DNA of 64,000 nt from a bacterium. Lineage in GTDB: Bacteria; SM23-31. Both the position numbers and the translations under genes were made by a program. Location: positions 13,491 to 77,490 of the forward strand of contig JANQEH010000308.1 in assembly GCA_028278455.1 (NCBI GenBank). Direction: 5' to 3'. The notes under the pieces were generated by a model. The model made no database searches and had not been told where the DNA came from. It worked only from the letters and a program-made list of their open reading frames with translations. Below are positions 18,709-28,211 of the stretch, piece by piece (within the stretch, counting starts at the first letter, position 1; every line of letters starts with the position of its first letter).

Positions 18709-20001
18709 TCATTTTATATGCAGCCACTTTATCACTTCTCTGAATGTGGCTTTTTTCCCGTACATCAATATCCCCACCCGGAAGATCCTTGATGACAATA
18801 TCACAGTCCCGACTGTCGAGACGAACAGGATCAATATTGAAAGCAGTGTACCCTCTGGAATCATCGGATCCAGGGCCGCTATCCGGGCGATCATGATGAT
18901 AGGCGTGAAGAATGGGATCAAAGAAGCTATGTATGCCTGGTTTGTTTCGGGATTTTCTACAGAGATCAGTGAAATGAAAAAAGCAATGACTACAAAAACA
19001 GTCACCGGCATCTGGAGTTGTTTGCCTTCATCCTCAGTGTTTACCATTGCGCCTATTATACCGTAGATAGAGGCGTAAAAGATGAAACCCATAATAAAAT
19101 ATACAAGGAGGTATACCAACACGACAGGAGATACCCTTATCTGCTCTATAATGTCCATTACTTCTGAACTTGCAGGGATGAATGATTCAGAGAAAAAAAT
19201 TCCCAGTATGAAAAGTGTTCCGTAAATAACAAGCTGGGTGAATCCAAGCAGACAAATCCCGAGTAGTTTTCCGGACAGAAGCTGGAATGAGGAAACTGAT
19301 GAAAGGACAGTTTCTGATACCCGGGTGGATTTATCTTCGATAATACTGTTCAGAAGCATCTGACCGTAAATCAAAAGCACAAAATACATAATAAAAATAA
19401 ATGCCCTCGCGATCGCATTACTCGATCCGCTGCTTCTCTCCCGGGCTCCGCTTTCCGTAACCTGTATGCTTTCGAGTTCGATCCTTCCCGCCTGCATTTC
19501 TACCTGGACCTCATTGGGCGAGAAACCTTTTTCTATCAGCCGGTAATTCGTTACTATAGTCGAAACCGCTCTCGAAATTTCGGACTGTTCTATAATGTTT
19601 CCGAGACTTCGGGCTGAGTAATATATCCTTCGCTGACGGATGATATTTTCCGGGATAATAATGTATCCATCGATGTTTTTATTGAGGACTTCAGCTTTTA
19701 ATTCTTCTAAAACGGCATTTTCCTCAGACTGGTCTACTGATCTTTCCGTTAACGAGTATTTTGGTTTACCGGTACCGAGTGTATCTGAGAGATTTACAGA
19801 AAGCTCGGAGAATATTTTCCCGGAATGATCTATCACTGTATAGTATTTTGTTGATGACTCAAAGAACTTCTCGAAAATCTGTACTCCTGCGAATATGATC
19901 AACAATAATACAGGGAAAAAAAAGGTCGAAAAAATGAATGCCCTGGTTCTGATTCTTGTTAGGTATTCACGTTTTAAGATAGTAATGATCTTTTTACTCA
20001 T
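18709..20001 (-). CDS. ABC-2 type transporter permease (NatB-like, large extracytoplasmic loop)
   Basis: 430 aa. One N-terminal TM helix, a ~150-aa loop, then five TM helices. The N-terminus TILKREYLTRIRTRAFIFSTFFFP is typical of ABC-2 permeases. Confidence 0.7.
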   Translation of the reverse strand: MSKKIITILKREYLTRIRTRAFIFSTFFFPVLLLIIFAGVQIFEKFFESSTKYYTVIDHSGKIFSELSVNLSDTLGTGKPKYSLTERSVDQSEENAVLEELKAEVLNKNIDGYIIIPENIIRQRRIYYSARSLGNIIEQSEISRAVSTIVTNYRLIEKGFSPNEVQVEMQAGRIELESIQVTESGARERSSGSSNAIARAFIFIMYFVLLIYGQMLLNSIIEDKSTRVSETVLSSVSSFQLLSGKLLGICLLGFTQLVIYGTLFILGIFFSESFIPASSEVMDIIEQIRVSPVVLVYLLVYFIMGFIFYASIYGIIGAMVNTEDEGKQLQMPVTVFVVIAFFISLISVENPETNQAYIASLIPFFTPIIMIARIAALDPMIPEGTLLSILILFVSTVGTVILSSRIFRVGILMYGKKATFREVIKWLHIK

Positions 20002-20023
20002 TCCTTGTCCCCCGTAAACTCTG

Positions 20024-20728
20024 TCAATCCTGGAATTCCAGCCTTTTCTTATAAATCCTCAGACTAATATAAGTAAAAATGAAGCCTGATACCAGTAATA
20101 CAACGGGTGCAAATCCTTCGAATATTCTGTCTAAAAAACGCTCAATAGGATTTTCCATAGAGTTCATCGAATCCGAAGGTTCGGTGCCCATGAAACTCAA
20201 CACTATGATCATAATTACAGTTGAAATAAATGTGAAGTAAACTAATGAAGGCAGCTGGTCAATGTAGATTCCGAAAAATGCTCTTTTTCTTGTCAAAACA
20301 AATGCCATATCCTTGACAATATAGAAATTCGAATTAATAATTAACAATATCCCTGTTACCGATAAAAGATAGCGGCTCATCATATTTCCGGGATCTGTTT
20401 TTAAAAACATATCTGCGACAAAAACTGAAACTGCAGGGATCAGCCAGAAACCAATTGGTATTAATTGCCGCACTATTCCGGTTTCCCGGACAGAACCCGG
20501 TTTGAATATGTAGAATCTTTCCCTCTTCGTCGTGATCCAGGTTGCATAATAATTAGCCATAAAAATCAGTGACATAGTGGTAGAAATCGAAATAAATGCA
20601 CCGGTAGAGATCATCCCCGTACCCCAGCTCCATAGTAGATGGTATATCCATGCGGTTATAATACAGAGGTATAAGAAAATTATCAGAGTTTTGTAATAGG
20701 CGATTTCGGTTTTGATTTTGGTAAACAT
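20024..20728 (-). CDS. Small 6-TM ABC-2/BcrB-like permease, tandem paralog 4 of 4
   Basis: N-terminal motif KTEIAYYKT shared with the three upstream paralogs, six predicted TM helices, and a C-terminal basic tail KKRLEFQD. Confidence 0.5.
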   Translation of the reverse strand: MFTKIKTEIAYYKTLIIFLYLCIITAWIYHLLWSWGTGMISTGAFISISTTMSLIFMANYYATWITTKRERFYIFKPGSVRETGIVRQLIPIGFWLIPAVSVFVADMFLKTDPGNMMSRYLLSVTGILLIINSNFYIVKDMAFVLTRKRAFFGIYIDQLPSLVYFTFISTVIMIIVLSFMGTEPSDSMNSMENPIERFLDRIFEGFAPVVLLVSGFIFTYISLRIYKKRLEFQD

Positions 20729-20737
20729 GATTTTCTG

Positions 20738-21391
20738 TCAGGTTATATCAAAAAAAGATTTTCGTCTCATATATGTAAAAACACTGCTCACGGTAAAAAA
20801 TATAGTGATGCTGAGAAAAATAATCAGACCTTTCCTTCCGGAATTGATAATTGTGTCAACAAGATCAATTACATTCCTAATAAAATTACCGGAGATCGCA
20901 TTAGTAAAAAGAAGAAGGTTTACGAGCAGGGCTAATACCAGAAACAGAACTGCTGCCGCAATTAGTCTTTTATTTATGAACATATAGAAAAGATCGTACA
21001 TTATAAAGAAAAAGGAATATATGAAGACTACGATACCGGAGAAAAGCAGGTATGTACCCTCGCTCAAGCTGTTATGAAAAGAGAGTGCAATATCAAAGAT
21101 AAACAGCGTGAAATATACAAAGAATACGGGGATTATGATGAACATTATCCTTGATATGCCAATTGAAACCGCCGTAACAGGCAGCACGATGCATCTTTGA
21201 TCCCTCTTTTCTTTAAAACGCATGGGTGCCATAGTATTGATCACCACGAAAGGGAGCAGAAAATACAAGAAGTTCAGACTCCCTTCCTTTCCGGTCATGG
21301 ACTCACCAACAATCAGCATAATTACTACAGCGAGAGCAGCAACCATCATCCATTTATTGTATTCTATTTCTGACAGAATTATTCTCCACAT
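20738..21391 (-). CDS. Small 6-TM ABC-2/BcrB-like permease, tandem paralog 3 of 4
   Basis: N-terminal SEIEYNKW, C-terminal RRKSFFDIT, hydrophobic profile like its neighbours, and a 9-nt spacer to the next gene. Confidence 0.5.
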   Translation of the reverse strand: MWRIILSEIEYNKWMMVAALAVVIMLIVGESMTGKEGSLNFLYFLLPFVVINTMAPMRFKEKRDQRCIVLPVTAVSIGISRIMFIIIPVFFVYFTLFIFDIALSFHNSLSEGTYLLFSGIVVFIYSFFFIMYDLFYMFINKRLIAAAVLFLVLALLVNLLLFTNAISGNFIRNVIDLVDTIINSGRKGLIIFLSITIFFTVSSVFTYMRRKSFFDIT

Positions 21392-21415
21392 ATGAAATGT
21401 CCCGGTTAAGGTTTC

Positions 21416-22072
21416 TCACTCGAGAAATGATTTCCTTTTAGTATAAGTGAATACTGAGATCAAGGCAAAAGTAACGCTGAAAAGCAGAAAGAAGTAGCTG
21501 CCGAAATCACCCGAAAACGGATTGTAAGCAGGGAAATCATTCCTGAAAAACCTGATCACATCCACAGCGGGATTCGGCCAATCCCTGTTCATTGCCATCA
21601 TAGTATATATTCCCAGCAAATTGCCTGCAAGTATGAGAATGACAACTATCTTTGTAAATATTTGCTGGGTAAAACCGATCTTTCTGAAGAATTCCAGAGA
21701 AGTGTCCCTTAGAATAAAATATCCTGAAAACATTAATATCATCACACCATTTACTAATATCAATCCTTCTATCAACCTCCATTCGGAAGGCTTAATTAGA
21801 AGCAATGCAATAAACGTAACAACCGTGAACAGCATAAAAGGCACCGTGTGTATTACTATCCTGACCACCGCTGGGCTTAAGATCGATACCGGCAGAACGG
21901 CGAGATTTCTCTCTCTTAGTTCTTTGTTCCTTAGAGAACAGATCGAATTAAGAACGATATAACCCATTACGCCCATCAGCCAGTTATACTTTGATAAGAG
22001 AAGCAGCATGGCATACATTAAAAAATAACTGGTTTTATAATAACTTATTTCAGCTTTCAGTATATTCAGCAT
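21416..22072 (-). CDS. Small 6-TM ABC-2/BcrB-like permease, tandem paralog 2 of 4
   Basis: N-terminal KAEISYYKT and C-terminal KRKSFLE. Confidence 0.5.
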   Translation of the reverse strand: MLNILKAEISYYKTSYFLMYAMLLLLSKYNWLMGVMGYIVLNSICSLRNKELRERNLAVLPVSILSPAVVRIVIHTVPFMLFTVVTFIALLLIKPSEWRLIEGLILVNGVMILMFSGYFILRDTSLEFFRKIGFTQQIFTKIVVILILAGNLLGIYTMMAMNRDWPNPAVDVIRFFRNDFPAYNPFSGDFGSYFFLLFSVTFALISVFTYTKRKSFLE

Positions 22073-22100
22073 AATTCCTCCGGTCCGGGATCAGTCCCGA

Positions 22101-22775
22101 TCAATCCAGGAAATTCTTTCTAAAATTTAGAGTTACAATTGTTGATGAAACAAGTGCAAATAGGCAGACTGCGCCATAAACTAAGGCAGATGTGCTTTCT
22201 AAAGGATTCTTATATACAAGATTTTCTACAAAGACTATCACTTTTTCGATAGGTCTGAATAAGTGTCGGGTCGATTCAAAAATGGCAAAGAATGTAAATA
22301 TATTGAGGATAAAAACTACTGCGAACAATATTATAATGGCTCTTCTTTTAGTTAGACCATATCTGCGCATTGTCTCGATCATTCTATCACGCAGAATATA
22401 TACAACACAATAGACTGTAATGATCAATCCTGAAAATGAAACAAGTGAGCCTGTATTCAGATTATGGCCGCTGATCAAATAATTTGAGACGAGTGAATAA
22501 ATAACCACACCGAGGAATGGAATAAGAAGTAAAGAGATCCGCAGCAGACCTATCGCGGTCATGTTCACAGGGATCAGGGCAAAATACCTGTCACGTTTTT
22601 CCTTGTTTCTGAAAACGTTCAAATTGTTGACCGTTATAAAAGTAAGGAACAGAATCAGAATATTCGGAGAATCGGGACGGTACGAGTTATAAGCCGTAAG
22701 CATGACCACCAGTCCAAATAGAGTGAGGAGATGCTGCTTGTTGTAGCTGATCTCAGCCCATAGAAGCTTAAGCAT
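22101..22775 (-). CDS. Small 6-TM ABC-2/BcrB-like permease, tandem paralog 1 of 4
   Basis: The likely start is the internal Met (MLKLLWAEISYNKQ) at 22775, overlapping the ATPase stop by 8 nt. The ORF-track N-terminal extension (to 22931) lies inside the ATPase gene. C-terminal FRKNFLD. Confidence 0.5.
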   Translation of the reverse strand: MLKLLWAEISYNKQHLLTLFGLVVMLTAYNSYRPDSPNILILFLTFITVNNLNVFRNKEKRDRYFALIPVNMTAIGLLRISLLLIPFLGVVIYSLVSNYLISGHNLNTGSLVSFSGLIITVYCVVYILRDRMIETMRRYGLTKRRAIIILFAVVFILNIFTFFAIFESTRHLFRPIEKVIVFVENLVYKNPLESTSALVYGAVCLFALVSSTIVTLNFRKNFLD

Positions 22776-23646
22776 TGTTCTCTCCACGGAGTATATGGAC
22801 AGCGATCTCGTCGATGCTAAGCCTGTTATCCTGGATGTTCTCTGCTCCGAGCTCTCTAATGTGCTCAAGTGTCTGATTGAATTCAGAGCTGATAACCTGG
22901 TATTCCCTGCCGTCCTGTTTAAATGATACACCAGATTTGAATTGGGACTGGTTCTTTTTCATGCGGAATGATATCTTTCTCCAGTTCTCGATCAGGTCAT
23001 CTTTTGGAGATTTCAATTTGATCTTGCCTTCTACAAGAAAAGCGAGATCATCCGCCAGCCTGCTGATATCCGACAGGATATGTGTGGAATAGAAAATCGC
23101 TCTATCTTCACTCTCAACGACTTCAAATAGAACATCCAGTACTTCCGACCTTACAACCGGATCTAGCCCTGAAGTCGGTTCATCCAGAAGGAGCAGTCTT
23201 GGTGAATGTGCAAGGGCGGATACTATCGCGAGTTTGGCACGGTTGCCCTTGGATAGGTCTTTAGCTCTTTTGTTAACCGGGACATCGAATTTTTGTATCA
23301 TGGTATTAACAAGTTCATCTGACCAGTCGGGGTAAAATTTCGAGAGGAATTTCAGGTTCTTTGCACCAGTCCAGTTCTCGTAGAAAACATGAGTATCGCC
23401 GACATATCCGATATCGAATTTCCATTCCGGATTCTTGTGTTCATTTTTTCTTCCGAATATCGTCATATCACCTTTATCCGGTCTGATGAGTCCGGCCAGA
23501 CAGTTGATAGTTGTCGTCTTTCCTGAGCCATTGGGGCCTATATAACCCATTACTGTACCCGGTTCAAGTGACAGATCGAGCGGTCCGAGTTTGAATTTCG
23601 GATAACCTTTAACCATTTGCCTGATCTCAAACGCATTATCCATCAT
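22768..23646 (-). CDS. ABC transporter ATP-binding protein
   Basis: Walker A GPNGSGKTT, signature LSKGNRAKL, Walker B LLLLDEPTSGLD. The start is probably at Met12/13 (…MMDNAFEIRQMVKGY), giving a short overlap with the GntR gene. Confidence 0.9.
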   Translation of the reverse strand: MMDNAFEIRQMVKGYPKFKLGPLDLSLEPGTVMGYIGPNGSGKTTTINCLAGLIRPDKGDMTIFGRKNEHKNPEWKFDIGYVGDTHVFYENWTGAKNLKFLSKFYPDWSDELVNTMIQKFDVPVNKRAKDLSKGNRAKLAIVSALAHSPRLLLLDEPTSGLDPVVRSEVLDVLFEVVESEDRAIFYSTHILSDISRLADDLAFLVEGKIKLKSPKDDLIENWRKISFRMKKNQSQFKSGVSFKQDGREYQVISSEFNQTLEHIRELGAENIQDNRLSIDEIAVHILRGENNA

Positions 23647-24046
23647 GTTCTCCTGTATGTTTTTCTCTATTATTTTCATTATTGAGGAGTTCTTTTACTA
23701 TCATTACGATCTCTCCCGGCTCTAATCCTTCTGCCAGGGCGAGATCGATCACCGGTTTCAGATTGTCTGAAAATCTTTGATTTGCCATAGATCTTTTCCT
23801 TTCCCTAACAAGATCGGTAACGAAAAATCCTTTGCCTCTTCTTGAATGGATAAGGCCTTCTCTTTCAAGGCTTTCATAAGCCCTCTTTACTGTTATCACA
23901 CTGATATGCTGGTCCCTTGCCAGTGCCCTTATCGAGGGGAGATCGGATCCCGCCGGCAGTTCGTCGACCAGGATCTTGGCCCTGATCTGTCTTACAATCT
24001 GGCTCTGCAGCGGTTCTGATGATAGGTCTGTAAGGTTCAGAAGCAT
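23636..24046 (-). CDS. GntR-family (YtrA-like, short C-terminus) transcriptional regulator
   Basis: HTH …LPSIRALARDQHISVITVKRAYESLEREGLIHSRRGKGFFV. Size 136 aa. It is immediately upstream of the ABC ATPase, a ytrA-like arrangement. Confidence 0.85.
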   Translation of the reverse strand: MLLNLTDLSSEPLQSQIVRQIRAKILVDELPAGSDLPSIRALARDQHISVITVKRAYESLEREGLIHSRRGKGFFVTDLVRERKRSMANQRFSDNLKPVIDLALAEGLEPGEIVMIVKELLNNENNREKHTGEHDG

Positions 24047-24069
24047 AAGATTATTTATATACAGTTTTA

Positions 24070-25572
24070 TTATTTGATTTTGAATAGAAGCATTGTTGTG
24101 TCATCCCTGTCACCTCCGGATTGACTGAATGCATTTATGTCATCTTTGATTATTTCTATAATTTCCGATGCATCTTTTTCCCTGATCCCGGAGAGCATAT
24201 CGTATAATTTCTGTTCACCGTATTCATTACCCTCACGGTCCATCGCTTCGGTCAGACCATCTGTGTAAAGAAGTATATTATCTCCCGGCCCGGCGGATAT
24301 TTCTTCGACAAAGTAGTCTTCATCAGTCGTTATTCCCAGTGCAGGACCGGTCGTTATCAGAAGCTCCTTCGTACCGTCCTCCCGGATCACTACGGGATAA
24401 TTATGCCCTGCATTTGCATATTCGAGAATGCCTGTATTCTTGTTATATATTCCAAAAAAAAGAGTTGTGAAATTCTGTGCCGACGTATATTTTTTTATAT
24501 GCTTGTTCAGATGCTTAAGTATTTGTGTTATAGGTTTACCGGATCCTGCCTCTCCTTTCAACATCGCCTGTATTTGTGATATCAGCATAGCTGCCGGCAT
24601 TCCTTTTCCACAGGCATCAGCTATAACAAGTCCGAACCTGTCTTCATCGATAGGGAGGTAATCATAAAAATCACCACCTACACGAAAAGACGGTTTTGAA
24701 TAGGCTGCGATCTGAAATCTTTCATTATCGGGAAGTTCCTTCGGAAGAAGGTCCTGCTGTATTCTGCTTGCTAATGAAAGTTCCTCATCAAAACGTTTCT
24801 TCTCAACTGTCTCTACGTAAAATCTTGCTGTAATTAAAGCTGTAGCGAATTGGTTTGCCAGTATAGTCAGGACTCCCTGATCCTCTTTCGTGAATGGATT
24901 CCCTGATTTCTTTCCGGGTAGTGCAAGGATCCCAAGAAGAGATTCACCGTCTTTCAAAGGGAAGATGATATTTATTCTGCGTTTTGTAATTTCATTATAC
25001 ATAGTGCTTTTTTCGGCAGGCATTTTCAGGTTTCCCGCATCAACCGGAAGATTAGCCTTTGCAAGATCATAAATCATCGGATCGTTCATATCAATTACTG
25101 TTTTCCGTCCTGCACATTGATCAGACAGTACCCTGTAGCCGGATAGTTCTGATTCATAAACTGCCATCAGGATTTCGGGAATATTGAAGTGATTCCTGAT
25201 ACTTGTTTTCAATATTTCGAACAGTCTGTCAAGCTCGAAAACGGATTTCAGCTGATTGGAGAATGTATCTATAATATTCAGAGATGTCTCGTTTTTGAAC
25301 AGACGCCTTAGAGAGATCTCCTGTTTTTTTTCATCAGATAAGGGATTCACCAAATATGCGTTTCCGTCCTTTTCCAATATACCTTCCTTTTCAAGGTCAT
25401 CATAGGCTTTAACTACCGTTAATGTGCTTATATGGTGGGTTCGCGCCAGAGTTCTGACAGCCAGAACAGGTTCATTTTCAATCAAGTCCCCTGCAAGGAT
25501 CTTCTCCCAGATCTGTCTGGAGATCTGATTGTGGAGAGGCTCATTTGAATATTCGGTTAAGTTGAGTAACAT
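24070..25572 (-). CDS. Fusion protein with an N-terminal GntR-type HTH, a GAF domain and a PP2C/SpoIIE-type serine phosphatase
   Basis: The probable start is MLLNLTEYSNEPLHNQISRQIWEKIL… at 25572, paralogous to the N-terminus of the adjacent GntR (MLLNLTDLSSEPLQSQIVRQIRAKIL). The central region is GAF-like. The C-terminus …RVGGDFYDYLPIDEDRFGLVIADACGKGMPAAM…TDGLTEAMD… carries PP2C/SpoIIE motifs. Confidence 0.75.
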   Translation of the reverse strand: MLLNLTEYSNEPLHNQISRQIWEKILAGDLIENEPVLAVRTLARTHHISTLTVVKAYDDLEKEGILEKDGNAYLVNPLSDEKKQEISLRRLFKNETSLNIIDTFSNQLKSVFELDRLFEILKTSIRNHFNIPEILMAVYESELSGYRVLSDQCAGRKTVIDMNDPMIYDLAKANLPVDAGNLKMPAEKSTMYNEITKRRINIIFPLKDGESLLGILALPGKKSGNPFTKEDQGVLTILANQFATALITARFYVETVEKKRFDEELSLASRIQQDLLPKELPDNERFQIAAYSKPSFRVGGDFYDYLPIDEDRFGLVIADACGKGMPAAMLISQIQAMLKGEAGSGKPITQILKHLNKHIKKYTSAQNFTTLFFGIYNKNTGILEYANAGHNYPVVIREDGTKELLITTGPALGITTDEDYFVEEISAGPGDNILLYTDGLTEAMDREGNEYGEQKLYDMLSGIREKDASEIIEIIKDDINAFSQSGGDRDDTTMLLFKIK

Positions 25573-26176
25573 AGTAATTTCTGAAAATAGATTTTCGTAA
25601 TCTGTTATACTGTATATACGCAATATACACAGTTGTGTTTCATATAGCAAGAATTATTTTGGATTGTTTGTTATTTTTGAGTATAGTCTAAAGAAATTTC
25701 AATATATACATCCCCCTTTTTCCCCTGCACAGGGGAGTATTATATAATAAAATTAAAAAGGTGTATCAGTTAAAGATCCAGGCAATAACGGGAATTTAAT
25801 GAAGTCCTGTGACAGAAAAAGTGATAGTTATTCCTCCACGGGGATCTATTATCGTATACGCCCATTGATGGGGGATTCAGGGGAACGCAATGTTTTTAAC
25901 CCGGAATTGATTTTATAGTTTAAAAAAATCCGGATTCCCGCAAAAACCTGTGGAGATGACAATATGTTTCAAATCTGAAATGACCGTAATCAGACTGAAG
26001 TAGTGACATTCTCTATTTAGATAGAAACACTTCTCATGAGTAGAGATATTTATAATAATGGTATCAGGAGAAAAAATACAGTTTAACCATGAATGAGATA
26101 AAGGCAAATAAAAAGATAGACGCGGGTTTCAGCCTGAGTATTCTATTTATATTATAATAACAAAACAGACAATGAT

Positions 26177-26737
26177 CTATACGATCTCACGGATGGCGTC
26201 CGGGTGTGGAGAAGGTATAACAACTTTATTTACAAGAAGCCCCTTTTTTGCTGCGATCCTTGCTCCGGAATCTACGGCAGATGTTACAGCTGCTACCTCA
26301 CCTGTCAATGTACAGAATGCCTTGCCACCAATTGCCATTGCAAGCCTTATCTCGACAAGCTTGACCTTTGCTGTCTTTACAGCTGCATCTGCTGATTCGA
26401 TTAGTGACGCCACAGAGAATGTCTCGATCAGGCCAAGGGCTTCGACTTTTCCGATCTCGTTTACGGCATTTATAGCAGGAAATACCGATTCATGAACATT
26501 CGGTATCACGAAAGTATCTACTATTGCCTCATCACCGGCTTCCGTCCCGGCCGCAACTGATGAATAGACCGCATCGACATCCCCTCTGACCATTGCCATG
26601 TATTTTCCGGGACAGATTGATCTTGCCAGTACAAGTTCTACTTCCGCTGCCTTCAGCATAGCATCGCAGGCGAAATAGCCTTTGGATATGCTTGACAGCT
26701 CTATAATTCCTATTGCATTAAGTTCCTGTTTTGCCAT
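26177..26737 (-). CDS. pduT: PduT-like tandem-BMC-domain shell protein (BMC-T, Fe-S-binding type)
   Basis: Two BMC domains (AIGIIELSSISKG…DAMLKAAEVELV and ALGLIETFSVASLIESADAAVKTAKVKLV). Size 186 aa. The SICPGKY segment conserves the PduT pore cysteine. It sits immediately downstream of the pduS-like gene with a 10-nt gap. Confidence 0.8.
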   Translation of the reverse strand: MAKQELNAIGIIELSSISKGYFACDAMLKAAEVELVLARSICPGKYMAMVRGDVDAVYSSVAAGTEAGDEAIVDTFVIPNVHESVFPAINAVNEIGKVEALGLIETFSVASLIESADAAVKTAKVKLVEIRLAMAIGGKAFCTLTGEVAAVTSAVDSGARIAAKKGLLVNKVVIPSPHPDAIREIV

Positions 26738-26747
26738 TTTTTTCCCG

Positions 26748-28067
26748 TTATCTCTCGATAGTTATTGCCGTTTTATCTATGTAAGTTACTTTACCGCTGA
26801 TGCTGGAATGAATATTGACTCCAAGCTTTTCTTCCGGGACTTCGGCTATCGTCTCGCCTTTTTCAACTCGATCGCCAATATCAACAATTGGTACCGCGGC
26901 TTCTCCTACATGCTGTTTCAGACGGATAATAACTTTATCAGGTTTTATATCAACATCCCTGAAAGGAGCCGGTTTATTATACCTGCTTAATCCCAGTCTC
27001 AATGTTAGTTTTTCCAGTGGTACCCGTCTCGAGTCCTTCATTTCATGGACTTTTTCGCGCGATTCAGGAAAGTCCCTTCCCCTCTCAACTGAGTTCAGAG
27101 CTTTTTTTGCTTCAACACATACCTGCTTTGGATTCAGGTCTTCCGGGCAGGCATACAGACTGCAGATATTACACTCGCAGCAAAGAAGGCCGAACTGATC
27201 GTAAAGGTCATTATGCGAACCGGTAAATCCGAGGCTTCTCATCACTGTATGCGGCTCGATAGCATAACCGAGAAGATACCGCGGACACATTGCAGTACAA
27301 TCTGTGCATTGATCGCATGTGGATTTTCCGATCCTGCTGAACTGCTGGACAGACTGAGATTTCTTTCCGACAAGTGAATGGTCCGGTGGAACAACGATTA
27401 TCCCCGCAGAAGTTCGTGTTAATGCTTTACTAAGATCAAATTCAACAGATCCCATCATAGCGCCGCCGGAAAGCGCTGCCGGTTCCCCGAGTTTCGTTCC
27501 ACCTGCTGCTTCGAGAATATCGTTTAATGTACAACCGATCGGGGCCCAGAAAGTCGAAGGCTCTCTGACATCACCGTTAACCGTAACAAGGGTATTTGTT
27601 ACGGGCTCGCCTTCAGCGGCCTTTGCTATGTTGTACAGGGTTTCCACGTTATTAACCACAGTATTGACTTGCAGGGGAATACCGCCCGGAGGTATCAATT
27701 CCCCGGTCGCCAGGTGGACCAGTTCATACTCGTCTCCGCTTGGGTAAAAGTTACCAAGCTCGAGCATCTCGTACCTGGTTTCTCTAATGAGACTGCTGAC
27801 AATGTTAAAAGAATCCGGGTATTTCCGCTTTGCAGCGAAAAAAACTCTCGATGCCCCTGTCGCTTCGACAGCAAGATCAAGTCCCCTAATGATCGTCTCT
27901 GGATCGGCTTTCATTAATTCTTTATCTTTATGAAGCAGGGGTTCGCATTCTGCCCCGTTGGCTATGAAAAACTTTACCTGTGATTCGAGTTTGACATAAG
28001 TGGGAAAACCGGCGCCTCCCGCACCAACAACACCTGCTTTGCGTATTTTACTGGAAATATCTTTCAT
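26748..28067 (-). CDS. pduS: PduS-like BMC-associated flavin/Fe-S oxidoreductase (RnfC/NuoF fold)
   Basis: N-terminal GAGGAGFPT (NuoF/RnfC nucleotide/FMN motif) and two ferredoxin-type cysteine clusters (CDQCTDCTAMCP and CCECNICSLYACP). Size 439 aa. Adjacent to the pduT-like gene. Confidence 0.75.
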   Translation of the reverse strand: MKDISSKIRKAGVVGAGGAGFPTYVKLESQVKFFIANGAECEPLLHKDKELMKADPETIIRGLDLAVEATGASRVFFAAKRKYPDSFNIVSSLIRETRYEMLELGNFYPSGDEYELVHLATGELIPPGGIPLQVNTVVNNVETLYNIAKAAEGEPVTNTLVTVNGDVREPSTFWAPIGCTLNDILEAAGGTKLGEPAALSGGAMMGSVEFDLSKALTRTSAGIIVVPPDHSLVGKKSQSVQQFSRIGKSTCDQCTDCTAMCPRYLLGYAIEPHTVMRSLGFTGSHNDLYDQFGLLCCECNICSLYACPEDLNPKQVCVEAKKALNSVERGRDFPESREKVHEMKDSRRVPLEKLTLRLGLSRYNKPAPFRDVDIKPDKVIIRLKQHVGEAAVPIVDIGDRVEKGETIAEVPEEKLGVNIHSSISGKVTYIDKTAITIER

Positions 28068-28211
28068 GATCGCTTTCTATGGATTGACAGGGATTGATTC
28101 GGAATAGGTCAACTAAACCGCACCCGGCAAATTTAACTAAAAAATGGAAAGTTTACAAGGAAAGATTTGGATTGGATTTATTAACACAGAAATAGCACGG
28201 AGTGATCCGTC

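Noticed and set aside
25913-26107. 64-aa minus-strand ORF in the long intergenic region
   Set aside because: It has no RBS, sits in an AT-rich regulatory region, and its peptide is of low complexity. It is more likely promoter or leader sequence.
26177-28067. Possibility that this is a complete bacterial microcompartment locus
   Set aside because: Only PduS- and PduT-like genes are present. There is no BMC-H hexamer, BMC-P pentamer, aldehyde dehydrogenase or signature enzyme within the window, so only a satellite or orphan pair can be claimed.
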